Positions 14,857 to 53,400 of a DNA stretch of 64,000 nt are shown one piece after another; positions within the stretch are counted from its first letter, which is position 1; each line of letters starts with the position of its first letter. This stretch comes from Malacoraja senta. Its lineage: Eukaryota. Both the position numbers and the translations under genes were made by a program. A model generated the notes under the pieces. It made no database searches. It was not told the origin of the DNA and worked only from the letters and a program-made list of their open reading frames with translations. The stretch covers positions 5,458,001 through 5,522,000 of the forward strand of contig CM075992.1 in NCBI GenBank assembly GCA_038087875.1. Direction: 5' to 3'.

Positions 14857-15060
14857 AAATGTTTAAGAAGGAACTGCAGATGCTGAAAAATCGAAGGTAG
14901 ACAAAAATGCTGGAGAAACTCAGCGGGTGCAGCAGCATCTATGGAGCGAAGGAAATATGCAACGTTTCGGACTGAAGAAGGGTTTCGGCCCGAAACGTTG
15001 CCTATTTCCTTCGCTCCATAGATGCTGCTGCACCCGCTGAGTTTCTCCAGCATTTTTGTC
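14857..15060. mobile_element. Self-inverted Penelope-derived element inserted in an old CR1 tail
   Basis: 15-bp TSD taacataaagaggca (14842-56, 15061-75); near-perfect inverted arms; core at 14972-99. Confidence 0.85.
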
Positions 15061-18000
15061 TAACATAAAGAGGCATGCTGGTTGGCATGGACAAGTTTGG
15101 CTGAAGAGCATATTTCCATGCAGACAAACTCTTGTGAGCTTTCTTCTTCCCCTGGCCGTGGCAGTTTAATACCCAGCTATTTTTTTTAACATCTCTGGTA
15201 TTATCACAAATGAAAAGTGCACAATTATTAAATACTCCTATTGCACTGCGCAGTGCTCTAGATGTTTTGATTGCTGAGCAAACCCCATGGTTGGTCATCT
15301 TGATTGGGTATTTGCAAGAGGGAAGGGCACTGTTTGCACAATCTTTCCAGTTCCTGGTCTGAATGACATGCATTAAAGGTACGCAGGTTTGCTGTCAAGT
15401 GTCCTCTACTCTAAGCTAAAGGGTGGAGTACAGCACTGGGATATTCCACATTCTGTGGGGGTGCCGTGCCTCTCAAAGCTCAGTAGACTCGTAGCACTAA
15501 ATAGAATCAGAGTTGTCACTTTATTTGTTATGGGGTTGCATTAGCAAATGACTGGCTTTGCTGCGTCACTGGGGTTGTGCTCCCCATCAGGTATGAGTGT
15601 ACCTGTCAACTCTCTTCAGACCCCTTGCATCTTGCCAGCTAATAGGTTTCCCTGGAGGTGCGGCTCCCCAGGGCTATGTTGAGGTGTTCTGCCACTTCTG
15701 ACTAAAACCTCCACCCTAAATGGCTGTACCTTATGGTTAACGGATCAACAACCGGAGCAAAGAACGTGAAGGTAGGCAAGAAAAACTAATCGGTGGTTCT
15801 TTGTGGCATAGAAACTGAGACTTTGGGAGAAAAATGTGTGGAATGTGATTGATGAAGTGGGTGAGCTTTCACTCTGTATTAGCAAAGAGAATTGTGTCAG
15901 ACTTGTACAAACCAGTACCAGCGTGTTCAGGCTACTGTAGCCATGAGAAAAGTAATATTATTTTCATCAAAATGGAAAGAAATCTTTGGAAGGAACATTA
16001 ACCCATGTAATTAACTTTAATGGTTTTATATAGGGTAAATAGAGAGATTGTTCCCATTATTGGATGAAATGAGGACAGAATTAAATGGATATACAAAGGA
16101 TATGAGGGGCTGACAAGAATTACGAGGAATACAAGGATTTTTGTTTTTAACTGTGGGGTTACGATCTACAGATTGCCACCTTTGAGAGGAGTGAAAATAT
16201 ACTTTTCAGAAAAGAGCGGAAAAAGGTTGAGGGAAAATAATTTGCAAGCTGTTGTGAAAGAACAGGGATAGACACAAAATGCTGGAGTAACTCAGCGAGA
16301 CAGGCAGCATCTCTGGAGAGAACGAATGGGTGATGTTTCGGGTCGAGACCCTTCTTCAGGCAACCTAATTGAGTTGAATGATAAATAACCAGCATAGTCT
16401 CAATGGGTCAAATGGCCTCCTGTGCCATAATGATTCTAACTTCTGAATGAGTTCTTTATCAATTTCTTGCACTGTCAGCTAAAGCATTTATAATTTTTGA
16501 TGGAAGAATTGATACAAATCAATTTTGAACATCTGACCCTGTTCCTATAAAAACACTTCTTGTCACTTTCATAAGAACACTGGAAAATAAAACCAGGATC
16601 AGTCTAAAGAAGGGACCCGACCTGAAACGTTAGCTATCCATGTTTTCCAGGCGTGCTGCCTGTCCCACTGAGTTACTCCAGCACTTTGTGTTCTTCCAAA
16701 ATGGAAGCAGGTACAGGTCACCGGACCCCTCCTCTATTTAATACAATCATAGCTCATCTATGCTGACCTTAATTCATCTTTTGTGCCAGTTTCTCACACC
16801 CCTCAATTCTTTGAATTTCAAATATTTTTCCACCTCTGTCTTAAATGTATCTAATGCATCTGCATCCCTTGGGGTCCCTTATTTTCTATGCACCTTTATT
16901 TTACAGCTATGTCCATTTGATCACAACTCTCCCACAGGTTTTCTGACAGGAGTCTCCATAGGCGGCAAACTGTCATGGAAAGAATGAATACGTTTATTGG
17001 CCAAGTATTCACATACAAGGAATTTGCCTTGGTGCTCCGCCCGCAAGTGACAACATGACATACAGAGACAGTTAGGAATGACACATAGAACATTAAACAT
17101 TGAGACTGCTTAATCATCATAGAGTTTCAAATTCTTATTGGTTTGAACTGCCCAGCATCAATATGAAAGATGTTTTGAATACTGCACCTACAGTATCTAT
17201 CCTCAAAACTTCCCAAAACACTTCACAGTCAATGAAATAAAAGAGATAGACTTTGAAGTGCCGTCATTGTGATAGTAGATGAAAATCAGCATCCAATCTT
17301 TGCTGAGTGAGTTCCCACAAATAACAATGTCATAACATATAGATAATCTGCTTTTAATCATTATGGATAAACATAGGCCAAGATATCAAAGAATCATAAC
17401 AAATTCTAGGAAAAGGCCATTTGGCCCATTGGTTTTATTCCAGTTCTGCATCTCCTAAATCAAATTCCCAGTACCTGATCGAAGGTCCTGCAAATCATTG
17501 CTTCCTCAGGACATGTTCACACATGTTCTAAACACAATGAGGATGTCTACCTATTTCTTTTCACTGTGAGGGAGCAAATTCAAGACCTCTAACACCGTCT
17601 GAATAAATAAAAGTTCCCTCATTCCCCTCTCATTCTTTATTTCAAACATTTACCTCCGAATTATTGGTTCCTCAAACAGGAAAAATATTCCGTACTTCTT
17701 TTTCACTCTGTATGTCTGAATTAAGTCTCCACGCACCCTCTGTATCAAAACGGCCCCAGCCCATCCTCATTCGCCTATCATATAATTTTCCAATCCTGAT
17801 AGCTTTCTCATGAATCTCCCATGCACTCATTGTGGTGCAATCACACGTCATGGATTATATCCTGCTCTTCTCATTAAATGATGCTTTGGGAATCTTTCAC
17901 AACCATCTAAGAGAGAAAACAATGCCTTGATGTCACGTCTGATAGATGACTCCTGCTCAACATTCCCTGACTGGTGTGCCATCCTAGGAAGGACCTTGAA

Positions 18001-18769
18001 CCAATATCCTTATGAGGAGAGAGGCAAGATTGCTACCCTTGAGCCGTGCCAGACAACATCAGATAAGATTGCCGTTGGGTTAGCACTTTATATTCTGCGT
18101 GAGAGATAGAACTTAGTTAACACTGTTACAAATGAGCCATACAGCTAAACAACGCTGATTGATCTGCGCCCTCTGTTGACATATCTACTTCCAGATTTCC
18201 AATTCAGCCTGACTGGTTAGATTTGTATATCATAGGTTAGGGCTGCATTTTGTCCTCATTAATTCTCACAAAAAATCGCAGAGAAACCATAAACAGGGAA
18301 AATTATAACCACCTAATTAGCAGATCTTAGCAAGCTGGATTGCACATTATTACACATACTGATTATTTCTCCCCATGGGGTCTGAATAATTCATCTTCTG
18401 GCACTGAGATCAAATGGTTCAAAGTTCTTATCTGTTGATTGCATTCAGCTTTTGGGAGAGCTGAATATCAGAGGCTAAGCCAACATCGTCAAACACATTT
18501 AGCATTGGAACTGAAGATATATTTATCCTTTTGCTTTTGGAGACCATTATATTTCACTTTGGTCTTTTGGAAATATTTCCTGTTGATTTGGAAGAGGTTT
18601 TTTTCAGTGTGATGCAGAATAAACAGTCCGGAAATCATCAACTGAATGAATAAGGAAAGACTTGAATTTTACACCACTTCTTATAAAAAATCAAGGTACC
18701 TCATAGAGTTTTGTAGTCAAAGAAGGATTGTTGTAGTCAGTCAGTACTGCCATTGAACATACACAATCC

Positions 18770-18970
18770 TCCAAAATTTCCGCCACCTCCAAAGGGATCC
18801 CACCACAAATCACATATTCCCATCTCCACCCCTTTCCGCCTTCCACAGAGACCGTTCCCTAGCAACTCCCTGGTTAACTCTTTCTCCAGAGATGCTGCCT
18901 GACCCGCTAAGTTACTCCAGCATTTTGTGTCTATCTTTGCTATAAATCATCATCTGTAGTTCCTCCCTAC
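18770..18970 (+). mobile_element. Penelope internal fragment fused to terminal repeat
   Basis: NFRHLQRDPTTNHIFPSPPLSAFHRDRSL, typical of the region between RT and endonuclease, joined directly to the terminal repeat. Confidence 0.65.
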
Positions 18971-19079
18971 ATGGTGCATCAGTGATAATGGATATTCTGA
19001 TTTAACGATCGAATTATTAGTACAAGGTGTAACTTGGCACTAATCTCATTCTTTTTTTTCAGTGGGCTACTGATAACTT

Positions 19080-43082
<24,003 letters not shown>

Positions 43083-43542
43083 ATGGGCAGGGCAGAAATC
43101 CCTCAGGAGGAGCGGCCATTATGAAAAACATACCACAGGTGAAGATCTCCTAATTTTCAGTGACTCATGAATGAACAAAGTGCATAAAATGAGTTAAGTG
43201 GATAATGTCTTGTTCTTTAGGGCACGGATCTCCTACAAGGTGGAAAGTGTTACTTGCTGACAGAGGAAACCTTGCTTCTTTGATTGCACCTTCCAACTCC
43301 ACATCCTCTAGCACTTAGGAAAACAAGACCAGCAGTAAGGGAAAACCATCACATCCATGTCGCACACTGGATGCATATCTGGATATACAATCTGGATATA
43401 TATTTCTGAAGTTCCTTCACCGGGTCAAAATCCAGCAACTCTCTATCTCAATAGTGCTCTGGAAGCACCCTGTGTACATGGAATACAACAGTTTGAGGCA
43501 AGTGACTCGTTTTCACCATGTAAACAGCAAATGGAGGTGGAC

Positions 43543-44607
43543 AATAAATGCTGCTCTTGCCAGCAGCAACCACATCTGAGGAATTATTTTTGTCTTAAAT
43601 CCATTCAGATTCTATGCCCATAGAGAGAGAGCTGGTGTTATAATGTCATTCTGTAGCTAGGGGAAATAAATTCTGTCAGTTTTACCAAAACTGGTTTAAT
43701 TTTACAGTGCCAGAATCAAAGGAATTGCAGCGTAGGAGTTCCTTTACACTGGCAGCACTTAGCTATTCTGAAGAACAGACCAGCCGAGAATGGAATGAAT
43801 GGTGGAAACAGTGGTCTCCTTCCGATGGTCAAACATTTTACCCACTTGTTTGTTGCGCTTGACATCAGAGTGAGCCACAGTATTCAGTGAAACCGAGCAC
43901 CCCCTCTATTTTGTCAAGGTGCTTCAATGACGATGATGCCTTACCGAAAAGCTTGCTATTCTTTCTCCCTCCTCGTTGACTCCTACCCCGAGATTATCTA
44001 CATGGAGCACATCACACTGTAGACCATTCTAACTACAATGGTTACTATAAAGTCAACACAACATTTCACGGGTATTGAAAGCCGATGCATGGGCAACACA
44101 TTACCATTCGCGCCTGCCACTATTGAAATCGGCTCTCGTTAAACCCATTCATAGTTTCAGTATGCATCAAATTGGTTTTAGTCTTTATAACACAAAATAA
44201 TTGTGATGCCTTAAGTCATTGGGCAAGAGGGAACTGGCCATGAACTTGTAAATGAAACTTCATGGGCGTTTAGGTAGACACAAAATGCTGGAGCAACTCA
44301 GCGGGTCAGGTAGCATCTCTGGAGAGAAGGAATAGGTGACGTTCCGAGTCGAGTCCTTTCTTCAGACTGATGACATTTCGGGTCGAGACCCTTCTTCAGA
44401 CTGATGAAGACTTTATGGGCCTTTAGGTTTCTGGCCTGGGTTTTGGCTGTTATTTTCAGTCTGTTTCTCACTTCCCAAGACCATTACATAATTCTACAGC
44501 AGTGTGGGACGTTTCATCTTATAGACTTCTCCATAGCTTTCAGTCTCAAAGTCAAAATTCCCAACCAAATCAAAACAGGTAGTGAGAATTTCATTCATAA
44601 AAATAAA
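43543..44607 (+). promoter_or_regulatory. Candidate polyadenylation signals in the SH2D3A-like 3' UTR
   Basis: AATAAA at 43543, 43665 and 44602; which one is used cannot be determined from sequence. Confidence 0.35.
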
Positions 44608-46846
44608 GTGCAATTGCTGATGTGTTAGAGACCTTCCCCATCTCCCAGCAACTGAAATAGTTTAGCCACTGAATGAATGAATTAATTCTTTATTGTCACA
44701 TGTAACAAGTCACAGTGAAATTCCTTGTTTTGCATTCCAAAGGTATGCCAAGAGTTGCCACATAAAGGGCACCAACAGAGTTACAAAGTATCCCACGCCA
44801 GATCCTCCTTTGTTCCCCCACGCTGGGTCCTCCTTGTTCTCTTGATACTGTTTGTATCAGGCCCTGTTGAAGAGGCCATTGCACTTGTATCGGCACCAGG
44901 AATATGCAAGAAGTACTTGCACAGACTGAGCTTCCCCCTAGTGGTGGCTAGGGTGGAGTGATTGGAGAAAATCAGAAAAAAAATACAATGCAGATGCTGG
45001 AAATCTGAGACAAAAACTGAAAATTCTGGTAACACTCAGCACATTAGGGATGAAAAATGGAGATAATGTTTCAGGAGGAAGACCTTTCATCCTCAGGTTA
45101 GTTGGTGATCAGGCAAACATGCAAAGTTGCCTTTATTAAGTTTCATGATGACTGAGACATCATGTCTAGATAATTCTTACTCAAGCTATTTAGGAAGTAA
45201 CAGAATAGATCGCAAGTCTGATCTCAAACTATGGCAAGTTGATTGAACTGCCAGATTTTCTGTAAAGGATTGTCTGAACTGCATTATAAATCCTGTACAT
45301 ATATTTGGTTTATTTTTAGCATAAGGATGATCCCATAAGTCCCAGGACTTATTTACCATCGCCCGCTGGGGGCTTTGACTTTGAGATCGGGAGGAGAATG
45401 GGGAGTGCAGAGGAGAGACAAGACTTTGCCTTCCATCACAGTGAGGAGGAGATTCACTGTGATGGATGTTTGTGTAAATTGTGTTGTGTCTTGGTTCTTT
45501 TTACTTGTTTGTATGACTGCAGAAACCAAATTTCGTTTGAACTTAGGCTCAAATGACAACAAATAAATTGTATCATTGTATCATTATACAGAGGTCAAGA
45601 CTGAATCCACAAGGCCTTAATATTTCAGTTATTAAGTCCTATAGATTTTCTGTTTGAGATAATTATTGTTTCTGAAAATACTCAATCTTGTTTTCCCACT
45701 ACAGTTGCAATTAGTAATTCACCTGCAGCAATCATTAAAGCAAGTGTATCCGAATTCAACAGGAGCCAACCGTGAGTGTGGGTTTGGGCTCAATCTATGT
45801 CCCACCAAAACAGTGTTGGAATGGATCAGATTGGTTATTCTGTGCCAGGACACATCTGTACTCTATCCAAATCATTTTAACTTACTGTCATCCATACTAT
45901 TTGGACAGTTAACCAGGGACTGCATAGAGTTATAGAATCATACAGCATGGAAACAGGCCCTTCGCCCCAACTCATCCATGCCGACCAAGATCTAATCTAG
46001 TCCCAATTGCCTGCATTTGGCCCACATCCCTTTAAACCTCTTATCCATGGACCAGTCCAAGTATCTTTTAAATGTATGAAGAACTTGACCCAGAATGGAG
46101 GAACATCTGATTAAGGTGACCTTAGTACCGCTGTCAGGGACTGGACAGGGAACAATGTTCCAGATCAGGAAGCAATTTCCCAATTTGAAGTGAGGATGTG
46201 TGCAAACTGCCTCTGGGTTAAGTTAGGTTGGATGTGAGAGGAAGACAGGGGCTTGGGCTGAGGTTGGTTGTGGTCATTTCAAGTTTTCGTTCCATACCTG
46301 AGCAAACACACCTCACATCCAGTCCTAACCCAGTGCCTGGAAGCCTTTAGCCTTTGCCATGTCTGAGACCCTCAAGGCCACAGGCTGCAGCTACAACAAC
46401 TTCCACAGTGAAGCTTAATGACCCGGGCAATCAATAGTTTCCAGGCCTGGCTACTGGAAGCAGCACTTCATGAGTGGGACTCAGCAGACTCTCAAGCACT
46501 GGAAATTACTTGCTTTTAAACGCATTCATCTTTGGTTTTTCCTCTCCCCACAAATTTCAACGTTCCCTCATGACAAATCTTATTCTCGTCAGAACGTCTA
46601 TAGCTAAATAATAACTGGGAATGAAATGTATCCCAGTTCGACGTTGCTAACCACAGGAGAATATCAGTCGTCAAACATTTGATGCCATTAAAGTCAGTGC
46701 ATTTTCCATATGTGAACACAACAGCTTACAGGTAGAGACTGCACAGCAGTAATGAATTCATAAGCACTGTCGTGGTGCCAAGATTAAAACTTCAGTATAA
46801 TCATAAATAGGATATAATGTCATCCATGTACAACATCCATGTAAAC

Positions 46847-47485
46847 AGGGTGGCATGATGGTGCAGCGGTAGAGTTGCTGCCTTATTGCAACCCGAGTTT
46901 GATCCTGACTACGGGTGCTGTCTGTATGGAATTTGTACTGGAATTATCTGCCACAGAAGGTAGTTGAGGCCAGTTCATTGGCTATATTTAAGAGGGAGTT
47001 AGATGTGGCCCTTGTGGCTAAAGGGATCAGGGGGTATGGAGAGAAGGCAGGTACAGGATACTGAGTTGGATGATCAGCCATGATCATATTGAATGGCGGT
47101 GCAGGCTCGAAGGGCTGAATGGCCTACTCCTGCACCTATTTTTTATGTTTCTATGTACCTTCTCTCAGTGACTGCGTGGGTTTTCTCCATGAAGCTCTGG
47201 TGTCCACCCACACTTCAAAGACATACAGGTTTGTAGAGTAACTGGCTTGGTACAGATGTAAAGTCTCCCCAGTGTGTGTAGAATAGTGTTAGTCTATGAG
47301 GTAATCGCTGGTCAGCATGAAGTTGGTGGGCCGAAGGTCCTGTTTCCGCGTTGTATCTCCAAAAACTAAAAAAAACTAAATTGTCCCTAGTGTGTGTAGG
47401 ATAGCGTTAGTGTGCGAGGATCATTGGTCAGCATGAACTCGGTGGGCCAAAGGGCCTGTTTCCACGCTGCATCTCTAAACTAAAC
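46847..47485 (+). mobile_element. V-SINE with a nested young CR1 3' end (about 46940-47154) and duplicated tail
   Basis: SINE core split at tgtac; CR1 tail nearly identical to 29397-29610; SINE 3' segment present twice (about 47260-360 and 47361-485). Confidence 0.8.
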
Positions 47486-50400
47486 CTGTGTAGAAGGTTT
47501 CTTATGTTTTAGTCATGCTTAATGTACCCATCCTACTGAGTGTTCCATGAGAAGTTTCCTTCCCTGCTGACTCCCCCATGATGTGGGACCTCGCTGAATG
47601 AATGGGCTGCCAGTGGGCATCCGTTAAACAGCAATGCAGACACCAGAGGATCCTTCAGCCTGCGAGCGATAAAATCAAAAAGGCATGTGAGAAAACAAGC
47701 AGCATTCTGGAGCCCCACAGTAATTTTCATAAATTACTAGACACTCCAGATCAACTCTGGAGAATTGTCAACTTTTCCCAGCACAATTTCCTCTTTGCAC
47801 TGCCCCTTCACTCAGTAAACAAGCTGTCTCTGAAATGATAGGTTTTGCCATTGGAAAAAAAAAAAGAAAATTCATTTCCAATCTGCATAAACAAAAAAAA
47901 TTACAGTACTTTATATCAAAGGACCTTCACACAAACCCATTAGTTGCATCTCTTATTAATCATCAACATTGTGATATGATCGTTTTTTTTCAAATGACTT
48001 CACATTTCTTTGAAATCTACCCAAGTTAATCAAGTATCAAGGGTTTTAACTCCTTACCAAATAGGCAGCCACACTAAATTCTACAGTGAGAAACTGAAAA
48101 TAAAATGTAGAAAAATAGTTCAAACATTATTACTTCAAAGATATCAAGCAACAAACAGTTGTGGAGCCAGAAACTTGCAGACTTCATTGACAAAGCACAG
48201 AAAGAAGGCATTCAGTCGACAGTGTCTATGCCAGTCCTTTGAAAGATCGGCCAGACTTCATTCACCCCCACCCACTGTTTCAGTAAGTCTATCTTCCAAT
48301 TCTTGTAAAACTCTCATCAAAACATGTTTATGGAATTCGTTTCCAGCTCCTTTTCAGGACAACTCTGGGTAAAAAAATATACTCTTCACCTCCCCTCTGG
48401 GCCCATCGCCAATGTTTTTAAAGGCGTTCAGACGTGACTAATTCAAGAGAGGTTAAACAAAATGTTGGAAAAGCCTGGGGAATTTGTACAATATCCATAA
48501 GAAGACAAGAAATATTTCAGTTAATGGGAGATGCAGGTTGAGTTTTGTCTGGATGGGTCCTTCGAGGGCCACGTTGCTGTAAGATACTTACAGAATTCAT
48601 GAAATGTCAGGTGTGTTAAATTAATTCTCAATTTCCAATCCAGTTAAATCATCTTGAGAATCTGTAACATATGTGGACAGGAATAAAGCATCTGTTGTAA
48701 ACACTCTCAAAGAATTCTGGACTGCAACTCTCTAGATAGAACACGCATTAAAATTCTGCGCAAAGTGTGCCAGGAAATGGTTAATGCTTCACTTCGCAGT
48801 TGGTTTCTTAAAAACCAGAAGCTGAAGACTGGATGATTTTTCCATTTGGCACTTATCTCATAAGGTGGTCAACCGCACACTACGGAATGTTTCTGATAGT
48901 CATCCAAAGGAGCACAGGAACCAGAACAATAATGGCCAGGGTTCAGAAATATGTTGACTCAAAAATATTGTGGATTTTCGCTATGTTGTGGTAGCCCTGT
49001 CAGTTCTGAGTTGGGTCATTGGTACTTTCCCCTTAAAAGATTGGGCTGCCAATGCAGTGTGGTGCTATGGAATTGCTATACTGTTATTGATGACGTATTT
49101 TTAGGAGTGGTTGGATTAAAAAAAAAAAAAACAGGGCCCATTTTTGTTTATGGAGGTTTATAGAAGATCAAATTCTCTGACCATCAGAATGCTGTTGGTC
49201 GAAACTCATTCTACACTAATTGACTTATCTCCATCACACCCATTCCTTCTCTCCAGAGATGCCGCCTATCCCGCTGAGTTACTCCAGCTTTTTGTGTCTA
49301 TCTGCACTAATTGACTACTATGTTTTCATATTACAAAAGGGACAATCCTTCAAAGATTTAGCTGTAAAGGTTTCTGGGATTTCCTGATGAGTCCCAGTAT
49401 ATTTTTCTTTCATTACGTTTGTTTTGCAAAAGTCAAATTTTAACCTTGCCCAGCCTGTATGAAGAAGATGGGCAGCTGGGGGGAATAATGGTAAGGTGCT
49501 TTCCACAGCATGTTTGTGTTAGGGGAAACCATTAGGTATTCCTGCTCTAGGTTTGGAGGAGCTTCATTAATAACCCAACATGATAGTAAGCTGATCCCAA
49601 CTGACATGAATTTAAGGTGAGAGGGGGAAAGATTTAATAGGAGGCTGAGGGGTAACTTTTTCACACAAAGGGTGGTGGGTGTACGGAACGAGCTGCATGA
49701 GGATGTAGAGGCAGGTATTATCACAATGTTTAAGAAACATTTCGACTGGTACATTGATAGGACAGGTTTAGAGGATATGGGCCAAACGCAGGCAGGTGGG
49801 ACTAGTGTAGATGGGACATGTTGGCCAGTGTGGGCAAGATGGGCCGAAGGGCCTGTTGCCAAGCTGTATGATGATTGTACTATAACTCTGACCAGATTAT
49901 TTAGAGATGGGGAGACCAATAAAACCTAGAAGTAGTATGCATCAGGTCAAGAGGAACCTCAAATCAACATTTTACTAAGTTCCCGCTACTTGAGCTGTGA
50001 AAGGAAACCACAGTTCTCCCTGCCCAAACCTCTCCCCATGCCTTCCCCTGCTGAACATTACACTAATGATTCACCACTTGCCTTAGTGCAGGGGCTGCCC
50101 CTTCACACCACCCTTTCCCCACATCCATTGCCAGTTAGCTACTCTCATTTCCCGAACAGATCAAGTAAGCGTTCTTTCAACATAATATGTTCCTAGAATT
50201 AAAATGATATGCATCTCATGCTGGCACCATTATGAACACTTGCAGCCTTCTCCAGAAAGCACAAACATGCTCAAACTCAGCTAAAACAGGCGTGACTTTT
50301 TACTCGGGCTTACACAAGACATTTGATATTAGTTCCACGGGGACGCAGGATGCTGCAATCTTGCACAGAACACAAAGTACTGGAGTAACTCAGCGGGTCA

Positions 50401-53400
50401 GGCAGCATCTCTGGAGGACATGATAGGTGACGTTTCAGGTCAAGACCCTTCAGAATGAAGGATGGTCCGCTCCATATACACTAATGCAGCTTTTAAATAT
50501 TAAAGATTATGGAATGGAATGGCAAATCACTTGGCTGCATTGAAACCTGGCTGAGTAATAATGAAAAAGGTAACAACAAATAAACACAAAGTGGTGGAAC
50601 CTATTAGAAAGTATTAGGTAGAGAAATTTCTATTCTCAGTCAAAGCAGAGATGACATAGTAACTCCCTTCAATCAGCATGGTCTTAGTGATGGAGATGAA
50701 TTTAATATGCACAATTTGTATTTCCTCTGTATCTTTTGCAAGAAAGTAACCTGTTTTTGTGTGATAAGTTGGTGTAGTTTCAGTCATGCTTTTTACCTTA
50801 GCTCTTTGAAAAGATTTGGTTTTACGGTTTGCTGTACAATAGACTGCTATGAATCTAGTTAAGTGGCCCACTCTATCCTCTTAACTTGTACAGGGAGGAA
50901 CTGCAGATGCTGGTTTACACCGAAGATAGACACAAAATGCTGGAGTAACTCAGCGGGTCAGGCAGCATCTCTGGAGAAAAGAAATAGGTAAAATTCCGGG
51001 TCGAGACTGTTCTTCAGACTGAAGAAGGATCTCGACCCGAAACTTCACCCAGCAATAGAATATTGTGTCTATCCTCTAACTTATTGGCAAAAGACACTCC
51101 ACATTGAGTAACAATGTTATTGCTAGTTATTGACAGAGGTAATCCCACTATTAGTCAAGTCTGGAGACTACTCGGCTGCAAGTGACTGAGATTAGTTTTT
51201 ATTGAACTATTTTTTACTCACTGCATTTTGCTGAGACGTTATTCTGCTTTTATTGGAAAGAACTCCAACAACAGCCAAGCTAAATGAGTAGCATCTTTCA
51301 AAAGAATGCAGGAAGATCAAATTATGTTGTAGGCAATGGCAGAAATCAACATTCCAGAAAAATCGCTTCATCAATTTAAAAAAAAAGGTCATCATAACTG
51401 ACATTTTTGGGAACCATTGAGCACAAATTGGCCTCTGTGCTTCAAAAGTACATCATTGGTTGTCATATTTCAGTAAGAATATCTGTAACATAATAAACAG
51501 CTGTGCACACAACAGAGCCTGGACTGATTATCCATCAACATGTCTGAAAAAGTTAACCTGAAAAACAAGTTGTGGTGTCTGCTCTCTGCAGCACACATTC
51601 TGGTCCTTTTTACAATAAAAAGCATAAAAGACATATTTCCTTGACACCTTTCATGAAGAATTTATTGAAGGTTAATTACTGTTTAAACTTTGGAAACAAG
51701 GCAGCCGATGCTCCCACATACTACATTATTCTAATGACCAGATGATACATTATATAGACAATATAGACAATAAACATTAGGTGCAGGAGTAGGCCATTCG
51801 GCCCTTCGAGCCAGCACCTCCATTCAATGTGATCATGGCTGATCATCCCCTATCAGTACCCCGTTCCTGCCTTCTCCCCATATCCCCTGACTCCGCTATT
51901 TTTAAGCGCCCTATCTAGGTCTCTCTTGAAAGCTGACTCGCTTGAAATTATGAATTATGAAGCCAATTTATGGAACTTTGAAATTATCAAGTAGACACAA
52001 AATGCTGGAATTACTCAGCGGGTCAGGCAGCATGTGTCTGGAGGAACTGCAGATGCTGGTTTAAACTGAAAACAGACACAAAAAGCTGAACTAACTCAGC
52101 GGGTCAGGCAGTATCTCTGGAGAAAAGGAATAGGTGATGGTCTGAAGAAGGGTCTCGACCCGAAATGTCACCTATTCCTTTTCTCCAGAGATGCTGCCTG
52201 GCCTGCTGAGCTACTCCAGCATTTTGTATGTCTTCGGGTCAGGCAGCATTTTATCATCATATCAACATATGTCATCTTATCAACATATTATCAGTATGTT
52301 TAATGATAGCAAGAATATTGCCTTGTAAACCAAAGGCAATCATTTTGCTCTAAAGTCATGCTGAGGCATCTTCTAACATCTATCCCAAAAGTACAGACAG
52401 TCTTAGTTCATCATCTCATCAAAAGCACAATGCCTCTGAGCAGTTTGTATTTGTACTGCTTTGTGTACATCAGGCACAACTTCCAGGCTCAAGGCTCCAG
52501 ACTAGGATGACAGTCTGGTTCAGAAAGTGACGTCACATGCGATCCAGGACGAGTTAGACAATTTTTTTTAACAAAATTGGCTTGATAAGAGGCCAATAGA
52601 CAATAGGTGCTGGAGTAGACCATTCAGCCCTTCGAGCCAGCATTGCCATTCACTGTGATCATGGCTGATCATCCATAATCAGTCCTGCCTTCTCCCCATA
52701 TCCCTTGTCTCCGCTATCTTTAAGAGCTCTATCTAACTCTCTCTTGAAAGCATCCAGAGAATTGGCCTCCACTGCCTTCTGAGGCAGAGAATTCCACAGA
52801 TTCACAACTCTCTGGGTGACAAAGTTTTTCCTCATCTCCGTTCTAAATGGCCTACCCCTTATTCTCGAAGGTGGTAGCTGAAGGTTGTTTTTCCAGAGGC
52901 ATGTGACCTGGAGAATGGGATTGAGAGGGAAAGGTAGATCAGCCATGATTGAATGGCAGAGTAGACTTCATGGGCTGAATGGCCTAAATTCTGCTCCTGC
53001 CACTTATGAACATATTTATTTACTTTTCTCCCACGTAAATTCCACAAAATTTCATTTTTGAGCAGTGACTCAGTAATGAGAATTTCGACTGCCGGAATGG
53101 CCAGGGGATGCCGGTCCTTACATTTCAGGAATGGTCCTGTAATTCTCAAGGACCAACTGTAACCCATAATCAATCTACATTGCATTAGAAGGGGCAACAG
53201 CAGAAATAAAGTCAAGAGAACAAGTTGTGCAGCCTCTTCTATATTAATGTATTCTTGGAATTAGTTTCTGTTTTCAGTTTGGAAAAATAAAACTCGGCCA
53301 TTTCTCAAGAGCTTCACCAGGGCAGAACACAGCCAGCTAATTAGATATAGAAGCACAATGTTCCCAGCAAGAATGGCCCCAGGTGGGTTCTGAAATTCAG

